A stretch of DNA of 64,000 nt from Macrostomum hystrix (lineage: Eukaryota > Animalia > Platyhelminthes), in NCBI GenBank assembly GCA_950097015.1, contig CATNEN010000024.1, positions 620,001 to 684,000 of the forward strand, in the 5' to 3' direction. Position numbers and translations under genes: made by a program. Below are positions 1-10,759 of this stretch, piece by piece. Positions within the stretch are counted from its first letter, which is position 1. Every line of letters begins with the position of its first letter. The notes under the pieces were generated by a model, which was not told the DNA's origin, did no database searches, and saw only the letters and a program-made list of their open reading frames with translations.

Positions 1-170
1 TACAGTTTTTTGGAATATTCGAAAACTATATTATAAAAATCCTATATTGACTCGATTATGGCACTTAAATTTCGAAGCTAGATAACTACTCTCGCCCAGA
101 TTACATGTACTAAATAGTAGTACACGGGAAATCGATTTAATTTTTAATTTAGAACTGACATTGTACTCAC

Positions 171-3100
171 ATTGTACTCCTGCTCAGTAGTAACGTAGAA
201 ATAGTAGCCATTTGACAGGCCGTTCAGTTGCACCTTGCCGTTTTGCGGAAATCCCGGAGTCTGGAGAAAAAAATAAGTAAATATTGGATTCCTAGATTAG
301 TTCTTAAATTCAGTCTTTATCTGCATTCTCCAATCTTACCTGTCCCAAATGCGTTATCAACCGCCTGCCAGACATTGTGGTAATCTCAGCCGGCAATGCC
401 ACGATAAATAATTGGCCAATGCGCAGAATTTGAGTTGGCACAGTGTTTGACATGAACGGAATGTCCGACCACATTATCTGGGCATCAGTTATCGCGAAAA
501 AGGAGTGATAAAAATGAATGAGATATTTCAGCATTGTTTTGTGTAAGTTCTGAATAAAAATAGTTGCTATAGACAATATGACGCAATAAAACAACATAGC
601 AAGAGGATAAGGCTGGCTGGTGCAGTGGCAATGGAAGTGCACACCCATTGAATCCGCATCCAGTTGAAGAAATAGCTGAAGAGGCCATTAAAAAGACAAT
701 TGTAGCAGACTAAACTTACAATAGATACATGAGACACGGGAGAGATGAGACACGGGAGAGATGAGACACGGGAGAGATGAGACACGGGAGAGATGAGACA
801 CGGGAGAGATGAGACACGGGAGAGATGAGACAGTGGAGAGATGATATTAGATACGGGAGAGATGGGACACGGAAGAGATGAGACACGGGAGAGATAGGAC
901 ATAGGAGAGATGAGACACTGGAGAGATGAGACAGGGGAGAGATGAGACACAGGAGAGATAAGACACGGGAGAGCTGAGACACGGTAGAGATGAGACACGG
1001 GAGAGATAATACAAGTGAGAGATGAGACACGGGAGAGATGAGACACGGGAGAGATGAGACGCGTGATTTGACATCGAAAAGCAAAAAGGCGCATAGTAAG
1101 TGATTAAAGGGGCAGCCAGGCAGTGGGCTGGATGACCGCTAGTTAAAATGAATTCAAAGCACAATATTCTATACTCACTCGGCCGGCATTCATGCAGATC
1201 TGCTTGGCGCCGTGGCAGGCCAGGTCAGCTGGCAGCACCGGGCCCATGATGTCCCGGATGAGGTTGATAAGGACGCTCGACTGTCGCCGGCCCATTGTGA
1301 AATAGTCGAACAGGCCGTAGCCGTCAACGGTGCCGCCGCAGAAGCCGTAGCCGAAGGCGGCGGGACAGACGCGCAGGAGCCTGTCCTGCCGATGAGGCGC
1401 ACCGGCAGATTCAACATTCCACGGCGCTGGGAAGGCCTCCGAGGTAACGTCGCGAACGTCGTAAACGGTGGCGAGTTGTGGGTCGGCACCGACTAGGTCG
1501 CTGACGGTGGCAGACTGGTGCAGTTTCTGTTATTTCAAACAAGATCAAGGTCAGACTGTCAGATCAATTGAGACATTCGTTGATTAGTCAGACAGTGTCA
1601 TTCAAAGATACATATTTTACTAGAATATACATTTTTGTATCGTCCTACTATCAGTAGCGCAAAATAACAAAGGATGCTACGCATGGCCGTTGGGACCAGA
1701 CTCAACCAGACTCAATATATGATTTTTTCTTCTAAAAGAAAAACAGAATGATCTTACAAGGGTTTTAGAGGAGGTTGAGTGGCAGAGTGGTTAACGCGTT
1801 TGCCTCTCGCACCAAGGTCCCTGAGCTCGATTCCGCGGCGAGGCCACATTAAATTGGGGCGCAGCCGCGGAGAGAAGGCTTGGGGGGCATGTCGTGCAAT
1901 TTATGCCCTTGAGGGCCAACCTCCAAGGCACAGTGAAAGTGTACACTGCCTGACGATGAGAAAGTCAGGGCAGATGTACAAACCTGTGTGAGTCTGTGCC
2001 TGCGTACAATATCTGTGTGCATATGTCCTCAGGAGTCAGTGAAATGGGCAGAATAGTGTCACCCAATGATGTGCCATTGCCCGCAGCACTCCTGCAATAT
2101 TATTTTTATTAATAGTTCTGGATAGAGACGACCTAGATCTAGGCCAGATATACAGAGCCAGTGGCCCAGCCACTTGTACGCGCATGGGCGTCGCTTCAAA
2201 GTCTGTGGACAGCTGTTCAGTCCGTGGACTGGACAGGCCGCCGAAAACACAAATTTCCACCCTAGCCAATGCTGATGCTGCTAAATTGTTCCCCTGTGCT
2301 AGGATTCGAACTCCGGACCTCTCAGTCAGATTCCGAAGGTCTAAACCACAGTACTGTATTCTGTGGTCTAAACACTGTTATACAAGCTGCTATAGTGAGG
2401 GTGAGGAAAATAATGTTCTTATTATGTCTTTTCTTTCTGATGTGAATATAGAGAAAACAGAACCACAATTTAGACTAAGACTGACAAATGTTACCCATAA
2501 GTCTTCATCAAATTGTTAATTGTGTACATTAGAGATTAGCCGATAAGAAAGCCATTTTTCGGTACACTTAAACCAGCTGAGCGTGGGTGGAACAGGTGGG
2601 GGTATGCAATTTGGCTATGGCGCTCATAGTGCGAAAATTAATATTTACTATCTGTTTGCCAAGTTTTTGAGTAATGCTTTCTTTACAATTCAGCCTACGC
2701 GGTTACAAAAATTCCTTGGCAAACATTTATGCAGTTCAAAGTGATCTAGACAATGTACCTAAATTTTTAGATTTTTAAAGCTCACAGACTATAGGACGGG
2801 AAATGTCATTCCATTTCAATATATTTTTAGACTCAATATCTCGGATTTTAGGCCTCGCATTCTCACCTAAAAGATCTAAGGACTCAAATTCTCACCATAG
2901 AGATTATAGGACTCAAAATCTCATGCCATAGAGATTTTAGGACTCAGAATCTCATGCCATAGAGATTTTAGGACTCAGAATCTCATGCCATGAGATTTTA
3001 GGACTCAGAATCTCATGCCATAGAGATTTTAGGACTCAGAATCTCATGCCATAGAGATTATAGGACTCAGAATCTCATGCCATAGAGATTATAGGACTCA

Positions 3101-6100
3101 GAATCTCATGCCATAGAGATTTTAGGACTCAGAATCTCATGCCATAGAGATTATAGGACTCAGAATCTCATGCCATAGAGATTATAGGACTCAGAATCTC
3201 ATGCCATAGAGATTATAGGACTCAGAATCTCATGCCATAGAGATTATAGGACTCAGAATCTCATGCTATAGAGATTATAGGACTCAGAATCTCTCTAAAA
3301 CTGAACGATTTGACTAAACGGAATCGCGTAATCCCTAACAGGCAACTCACCAGGGCCATTTCAAACTGTCTCCGGCCCACAATCATCAGGCTGTCGAACT
3401 GATCGGCTCCAGGTCCCCTTGACCGGCAGTCAAATGTATTCTGAAATTTATAAATAAGTGGTTGTAGTAAACGTTTTGGGTACTTTTGATCTGTCCTTCT
3501 GACTTTATTAGCCGCTATTCACGCGTCATTTGTCCATTTATGAATGGGATTTTACTTTTATTATCTTTTATATGCTTAAAATTTAGCAATATCCCAAGAA
3601 TTGATACGTCAAGTTATCCCTAGGATTTCTATCCTCATTATCCCTAGAATTTCTATACTTTATTATCCCTAGGATTTCTATCCCACATTTATCCCTAGGA
3701 TTTCTATCCTCATTATCCCTAGAATTTCTATACTTTATTATCCCTAGGATTTCTATCCCACATTTATCCCTAGGATTTCTATCCCACATTTATCCCTAGG
3801 ATTTCTATCCCACTTTTATCCCAAGCATTTCTATCCTTTATTATCCCTAGGATTTATATTCTTCAATATCCCTAGAACTACTATCCATCATGACCCACTA
3901 CTATGAGACAATGGCCTCTAAAACAAAGCTTACTACAATGGGCGAGTCGCATTTGGTCCCATTCTTAGCACTGAAGGCGCCCCTGGTGTTTGGTGTCACG
4001 TCGCCAGAATGCGCCTGCGGAAATGCGGCCACGAACCCGCCGCCGAAGTGGCCCTCCATCAGCAGGCTGGCCACGCCTTTGTTGTCGCCGCTGACGTAGC
4101 GGTTGCTCATGTTCAACGAGGTGCCGTGAACTGGGAACCAGGCCACCGAGCCGATTGGGCGCCTGCTGGCCGCGTTATCGAATCGAAGCAGGAACATCTC
4201 GCGATCGATGTTGTCTGCGTAACTGTGGAGTGGACAGAAATAGATTTGAAATAATGAGGGACTATCGGACAAGAACGTCCGATCTCTCCTGTCATCTCTC
4301 CCTCGTCGCATTTCTTCTAACTATAAACTAACTTCTAACTTTCTATAACAGTTTATTTGAATATCCCGGATGAGCTAATGAGAAGTCGGGTAACTCACTG
4401 AGCCCTCTCAGTCTCCGGATTGAGCAGGTACTGGTGCGGATGCCTATTAATGCTGGCATTGTACAGCTGGCCGGAGTTCGTCAGCACCCTGGCCGGTGCC
4501 AGATTCTTGTCGGCTGTCAGGATGCTCTGAATGGGTAATTGGCGGGATGAGCACATTTTTAGCATGAAAAACGGTTGGTTTCTTTAGCTGCGACATACTA
4601 GGTAGGGGATCTAGAATCTAGGATGTAGATTCTATGTAGCATTTAGGACCTAGGATCTACAGTATGTCATCTAGGATATAGAAGCTACGATCTAGAATCT
4701 AGCATCTTGAATTAAGGATCTAGAATTTAAGATCTTGAATCTAGGATCTTGAATCTAGGATCTTGAATCTATGATCTTGAATCTAGGATCTAGAATTTAA
4801 GATCTAGAATTCTAGAATCTAGGATCTAGAATTTAAGATCTAGAATCTAGCATCTTGAATTTAGGATCTAGAATTTAAAATCTTGAATCTAGGACCTTGA
4901 ATCTAGGATCTTGAATCTAGGATCTTGAATCTAGGATCTTGAATCTAGGATCTTGAATCTAGGATCTAGAATTTAAGATCTAGAATCTAGCATCTTGAAT
5001 TTAGGATCTAGAATTTAAGATCTTGAATCTAGGACCTTGAATCTAGGATCTTGAATCTAGGATCTTGAATCTAGGATCTTGAATCTAGGATCTTGAATTT
5101 AAGATCTAGAATCTAGCATCTTGAATTAAGGATCTAGAATTTAAGATCTTGAATCTAGGACCTTGAATCTAGGATCTTGAATCTAGGATCTTGAATCTAG
5201 GATCTAGAATTTAAGATCTAGAATCTAGGATCTTGAATTTAGGATCTAGAATTTAAGATCTTGAATCTAGGACTTTGAATCTAGAATCTTGAATCTAGGA
5301 GCTAGGGTCTAGAATTAAGGATCTAGAATCTAGGATCTAGAAGCTACAATCTAGGATCTTGAATCTAGGATCTTGAATTTAAGATCTAGAATCTAGGAAC
5401 TTGAATCTAGGATCTTGAATCTAGGATCTTGAATCTAGGATCTTGAATCTAGGACCTTGAATCTAGGATCTTGAATCTAGGATCTTGAATCTAGGATCTA
5501 GAATTTAAGATCTAGAATCTAGCATCTTGAATTTAGGATCTAGAATTTAAGATCTTGAATCTAGGACCTTGAATCTAGGATCTTGAATCTAGGATCTTGA
5601 ATCTAGGATCTAGAATTTAAGATCTAGAATCTAGCATCTTGAATTTAGGATCTAGAATTTAAGATCTTGAATCTAGGACCTTGAATCTAGGATCTTGAAT
5701 CTAGGATCTTGAATCTAGGATCTTGAATCTAGGATCTTGAATCTAGGATCTTGAATTTAGGATCTAGAATTTAAGATCTTGAACCTAGGACCTTGAACCT
5801 AGGATCTTGAATCTAGGATCTTGAATCTAGGATCTTGAATCTAGGATCTAGAATTTAAGATCTTGAATCTAGGACCTTGAATCTAGGATCTTGAATCTAG
5901 AATCTTGAATCTAGAATCTTGAATCTAGGAGCTAGGGTCTAGAATCTAGGATCTTGAATCTAGGATCTAGAATTTAAGATCTAGAATCTAGGATCTTGAA
6001 TCTAGGATCTAGAATTTAAGATCTAGAATCTAGGATCTTGAATTTAGGATCTTGAATCTAGGATCTTGAATTTAGGATCTAGAATTTAAGATCTAGAATC

Positions 6101-9100
6101 TAGGATCTTGAATTTAGGATCTAGAATTTAAGATCTTGAATCTAGGACCTTGAATCTAGAATCTTGAATCTAGGAGCTAGGGTCTAGAATTAAGGATCTA
6201 GAATCTAGGATCTAGAAGCTACAATCTAGGATCTTGAATCTAGGATCTTGAATTTAAGATCTAGAATCTAGGACCTTGAATCTAGGATCTTGAATCTAGG
6301 ATCTTGAATCTAGAATCTTGAATCTAGGACCTTGAATCTAGGATCTTGAATCTAGGATCTTGAATCTAGGATCTAGAATTTAAGATCTAGAATCTAGCAT
6401 CTTGAATCTAGGATCTAGAATTTAAGATCTTGAATCTAGGACCTTGAATCTAGGATCTTGAATCTAGGATCTTGAATCTAGGATCTTGAATCTAGGATCT
6501 TGAATCTAGGATCTAGAATTTAAGATCTAGAATCTAGCATCTTGAATTTAGGATCTAGAATTTAAGATCTTGAACCTAGGACCTTGAATCTAGGATCTTG
6601 AATCTAGGATCTTGAATCTAGGATCTTGAATCTAGGATCTTGAATCTAGGATCTAGAATTTAAGATCTAGAATCTAGCATCTTGAATTTAGGATCTAGAA
6701 TTTAAGATCTTGAATCTAGGACCTTGAATCTAGGATCTTGAATCTAGGATCTTGAATCTAGAATCTTGAATCTAGGAGCTAGGGTCTAGAATCTAGGATC
6801 TTGAATCTAGGATCTAGAATTTAAGATCTAGAATCTAGTATCTTGAATCTAGGATCTTGAATTTAAGATCTAGAATCTAGGATCTTGAATTTAGGATCTT
6901 GAATCTAGGATCTTGAATCTAGGATCTTGAATCTAGGATCTAGAATTTAAGATCTAGAATCTAGCATCTTGAATTTAGGATCTAGAATTTAAGATCTTGA
7001 ATCTAGGACCTTGAATCTAGGATCTTGAATCTAGGATCTTGAATCTAGGATCTTGAATCTAGAATCTTGAATCTAGGATCTTGAATCTAGGATCTAGAAT
7101 TTAAGATCTAGAATCTAGCATCTTGAATTTAGGATCTAGAATTTAAGATCTTGAATCTAGGACCTTGAACCTAGGATCTTGAATCTAGGATCTTGAATCT
7201 AGGATCTTGAATCTAGGATCTTGAATCTAGGATCTAGAATTTAAGATCTAGAATCTAGCATCTTGAATTTAGGATCTAGAATTTAAGATCTTGAATCTAG
7301 GACCTTGAATCTAGGATCTTGAATCTATGATCTAGAATTTAAGATCTAGAATCTAGGATCTTGAATCTAGGATCTAGAATTTAAGATCTAGAATTTAAGA
7401 TCTTGAATCTAGGACCTTGAATCTAGAATCTTGAATCTAGGAGCTAGGGTCTAGAATTAAGGATCTAGAATCTAGGATCTAGAAGCTACAATCTAGGATC
7501 TAGATTAGTGATAGGATCTAGATAATTATCATAATAAGTCATCTAGGATAAGTACAAGGGAACTAGGATCAGGATAGGATATGTATAGTGCAGAATCTAG
7601 CATTGTGATAGGGGATTTAGGGTCATGTTTTATGGGGATCTGGGATGTGGATATTTAATAAATAGTTGGCCAGTGCTGTTTAGCTCTGTGTGAGCTCACA
7701 AGGGCACCCAAAAATCTAGAACAAGCATAACTAGAATAACACTAGATTGCGTGACTGCTGCACACAGGTAGGCACACCGGGACCTAATTAAGCAAGTCAG
7801 CCTAGCATTTACTATTGAAATTAGACTGTAGCTTCCGCTTCTCCATTAGAAAGCCTTGCCCAATGCCTAGCTGCATTAATCCAGTTAATAAAATACACCT
7901 AGCTGCTGCCTTCTCAAGATCCCAGCGGGACAATCTTTTTCTTTTAGAAAGCCAGGAACGATAAACCTAATTAGAAATTAGGCTTTTATTCGAACATATT
8001 AAAATCTTATTCAATTAGTGAGGTGAATTAGAAGAGCAAGGACAGTAAAAATAAGAGAGGTGGATGAATTGAGTGAGGTGGGTGAATGGAGTGAGGTGGA
8101 TGAATTATGTGTTGTGGATGAATGGAGTGGGGTGGATAAATGGAGTGAGGTGGATGAATGGAGTGAGGTGGATGAATGGAGTGGGGTGGATGAATGGAGT
8201 GGGGTGGATGAATGGAGTGAGGTGGATGAATGGAGTGAGGTGGGTAAACGGAGTGAGGTGGATGAATGGAGTGAGGTGGATGAATGGAGTGAGGTGGATG
8301 AATGAAGTGAGGTGGGTAAACGGAGTGAGGTGGATGAATGGTGTGTTATGGATGAATGGAGTGTAGTGGATGAATGGAGTGAGATGGATAAATGGAGTGA
8401 GGTGGATGAATGGAGTGGGGTGGATGAATGGAGTGAGGTGGATGAACGAAGTTGATAAAGAAATTGGTAAAGGAAGATGATAGAGAACTGAGTACAAATT
8501 AGAGGACAAACCTGCACAACACCATCCGCAATGTAATCAAAATGCTTGCGCTCAAAGCCAGGCGTGTTCAGCACCAGAAACAGGTCCTGATTGTAGCCGC
8601 CTGGGCCTGCGTGCGTGTGTGTCGCCGACAGCATCAAGTTGGCCTCTGAGTAGCGGCCGTTAGTTTCCGCGGCGAGGCGATTTCCCACCTGCAATTAGGC
8701 CGGTGGGATTATTGACATTTTTCGAAAAGGATCGGTAAGATGTGTTTAGAGATTTTTCCCGGTTAGAACCTGGTGCTGTGCTCACCACAAACTTGAGCAG
8801 GTGAGATATCATAGCGATGTCAACAACAGCGTAGGCTGCGTAGCGCCCGGCGGAGTCTCTGAATGCGAAGGCTCGGCTGTACAGTCGAGTGTGCAGACCA
8901 GACAGGTGCGCGTTGGCGTAGCCCATCTGTGAATTTCGAATGTAATTAATGATCAGTGAAACAGAATAGGTACGAGGATTGACGCTTGAATCAGGATTCG
9001 AACAACTTAATTACGGAGAATTTTTAGAAGCCTTAAGAAGTGCCGCTCAACCTCCGGGATCAGGATCGGCATTGGGATCAGGATCAACATTGGGATCAGG

Positions 9101-10617
9101 ATCGGCATTGTGATCAGGATCAACATTGGGATCAGGATCAGCATTGGGATCAGGATCGGCATTGGGATCAGGATCGGCATTGGGATCAGGATCGGCATTG
9201 GGATCAGGATCGGCATTAGGATCAAGACCGGTATTGGGATCAGGATCAACATTGGGATCAGGATCAACATTGGGATCAGGATCGGCATTGGGATCAGGAC
9301 CGGTATTGGGATCAGGATCGGCATTGGGATCATGATTGGCATTGGGATCAGGATCGGCATTGGGATCAGGACCGGTATTGGGATCAGGATCGGCATTGGG
9401 ATCATGATTGGCATTGGGATCAGGATCGGCATTGGGATCAGGACCGGTATTGGGATCAGGATCGGCATTGGGATCAGGATCGGTATTGGGATAGAACTTC
9501 TGGTAATGCAATCTGAATATTTGGTTCAGGATCAATTGTCAGTAGACTCAACTGTAACTAGAATATTTTCGAAGCCATAATTTCAACACCTGACAACTAA
9601 ATTTTGAAGTGCAGCACTGTAGGGGTGTGAAAAAATACTCTTATGCTAAAGCAGTTGTGCTTTAGTGCGAATATGTAAAGAAAATGTGCAGCTAAATTCT
9701 GTTTGGTCAGGATCTGATCTGGATCATGGGGAATACAGCATGCCCTAGCCATTGATTGTTAGCATAGTTATAATCCTGCCTGTGTTTACCGTTAGCGACA
9801 TGCTAAAAATAGTAACTGCCCCAAAATGCACACCTGAAGACTGAAGATTAGGCGTGGCCTGGGCTGTGGTACCACTGAGTACTCTGCTATGGTTTGCTCA
9901 TAGAATACGCCTATTAGCTATGTACTGACGACCACGATGCGACAATGCTTGATTGGTACTATCTAACCACACCCGGCCAGGTAAAATGATATGCCTCTTA
10001 GACAGGTGCATCACCCGGTGAAATAATTTACCTGTTAGACAGGTGGATCACCCGGTGAAATAATTTCAAACTGTTAGACAGGTGCATCACCCGGTGAAAT
10101 AATTTACCTGTTAGACAGGTGCATCACCCGGTGAAATTTACCTGTTAGACAGGTGCATCACCCGGTGAAATAATTTACCTGTTAGACAGGTGCATCACCC
10201 GGTGAAATAATTTACCTGTTAGACAGGTGCATCACCCGGTGAAATAATTTACCTGTTAGACAGGTGCATCACCCGGTGAAATAATTTACCTGTTAGACAG
10301 GTGCATCACCCGGTGAAATAATTTACCTGTTAGATAGACAGGTGCATCACCCGGTGAAATAATTTACCTGTTAGACAGGTGCATCTCCCAGTAAACCCGA
10401 ACAGAGTCACTAGCAAGCATTTTTTCAATTAAAACCAACTGAAACTCACCGTATTAACCTGGCACACGGGCCCTGTCACGTCCGCGATTCCGGCGCCCAC
10501 CTGGAGCAGACAGTCCACAATTGGCCATAGACTGCAGTAGACGCAGCAGTGGAGCAACAATACTAATAACAGAGGCTGCCCCGGCTGCTTGCGCAATAGG
10601 AACAACGAAGTGACCAT
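171..10617 (-). CDS. ASAH2: Neutral ceramidase (ASAH2/CDase family), spliced; 3' end lies beyond the window start
   Basis: Phase-consistent GT-AG exons: 10617-10450, 8926-8786, 8688-8512, 4526-4399, 4222-3934, 3440-3351, 1526-1179, 477-340, 260-171 (1569 nt, 523 codons). Family motifs: hydrophobic N-terminus, GAGIADVTGP, MGYA..GLHTRLYSRAF, SATHTHAGPGG, INRHP, VHGTS, SGDNKG, GDVTPN, CPAAFGYGF..GT.DG, PAEITTMSGRR, GLSNGY..YVTTEQEY. Confidence 0.93.
729..1060. repeat. 16-bp minisatellite (GAGACACGGGAGAGAT)n
   Basis: About 20 units in ceramidase intron 7. The same unit occurs at 32236-32495. Confidence 0.95.
1772..2113 (+). mobile_element. tRNA-derived SINE, family A
   Basis: A box TGGCAGAGTGG (1780-1790), B box-like GCTCGATTCC (1825-1834), AT-rich tail. 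A second copy lies at about 35625-35830. Confidence 0.75.
2140..2365 (-). mobile_element. tRNA-derived SINE, family B
   Basis: Minus-strand B box GGAGTTCGAATCC and the palindrome CAGTCC.TGGACTG. Both are shared with 28320-28580. Confidence 0.6.
2870..3292. repeat. 31-bp minisatellite (TAGAGATTATAGGACTCAGAATCTCATGCCA)n
   Basis: Tandem units visible in ceramidase intron 6. Confidence 0.95.
3615..3885. repeat. 26-29-bp minisatellite (TTATCCCTAGGATTTCTATCCCACAT-like)
   Basis: Tandem units in ceramidase intron 5. Confidence 0.9.
4600..7505. repeat. 2.9-kb 14-bp satellite (AATCTAGGATCTTG)n with recurring higher-order blocks
   Basis: About 200 units in ceramidase intron 3, rich in TCTAGA, AGATCT and GATC. 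Confidence 0.97.
8055..8450. repeat. 18-bp minisatellite (GTGAGGTGGATGAATGGA)n
   Basis: Tandem units starting about 60 nt into ceramidase intron 3. Confidence 0.95.
9057..9490. repeat. 18-bp minisatellite (GGGATCAGGATCGGCATT)n
   Basis: Tandem units in ceramidase intron 1. Confidence 0.95.
9998..10385. repeat. 37-bp minisatellite (TTAGACAGGTGCATCACCCGGTGAAATAATTTACCTG)n
   Basis: About 10.5 head-to-tail units with no spacers. Confidence 0.95.
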
Positions 10618-10663
10618 TTTTACAGACCTTCCAATCTGCCTTATCTATCGGGCACAAATAGGC

Positions 10664-10759
10664 CTATAGGAAACTCCTGACCTGGGCTGAAAAATGGCAT
10701 GGACACTATGAGCAGCTATGCGTGTTAGAAAACGTTTAAAGCGTTGTTAATAAATTTAC
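10664..10759 (-). other. Probable 96-bp 5'UTR intron of the ceramidase gene
   Basis: Minus-strand CAG|GTAAAT donor at 10759 and TTTCCTATAG| acceptor at 10664, 46 nt upstream of the ATG at 10617. Based on splice motifs only. Confidence 0.5.

Noticed and set aside
567-715. Extra ceramidase exon between exons 7 and 8
   Set aside because: Exons 1526-1179 and 477-340 already join in frame and match the family without a gap.
1772-1850. tRNA gene
   Set aside because: A and B boxes are present, but I could not build a cloverleaf with an acceptor stem. It continues into a repeated body, so it was called a SINE. The same holds for B-box-like hits near 21545, 50320 and 58490.
1946-1975. Hammerhead ribozyme core (CTGACGA..GAAA) in SINE A
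   Set aside because: There is no helix II or III and no NUH cleavage triplet before the stem I partner. The second copy lacks CTGA.
9007-9580. PILIPM, DPDPNA and GIRI repeat ORFs (superficially circumsporozoite-like)
   Set aside because: All come from one 18-bp array in ceramidase intron 1 and are open on both strands.
9998-10385. CRISPR-like array (37-bp partly palindromic repeats)
   Set aside because: Units are head-to-tail with no unique spacers, there are no cas genes, and the context is a eukaryotic intron. The same applies to the 31-, 32-, 35- and 44-bp arrays.
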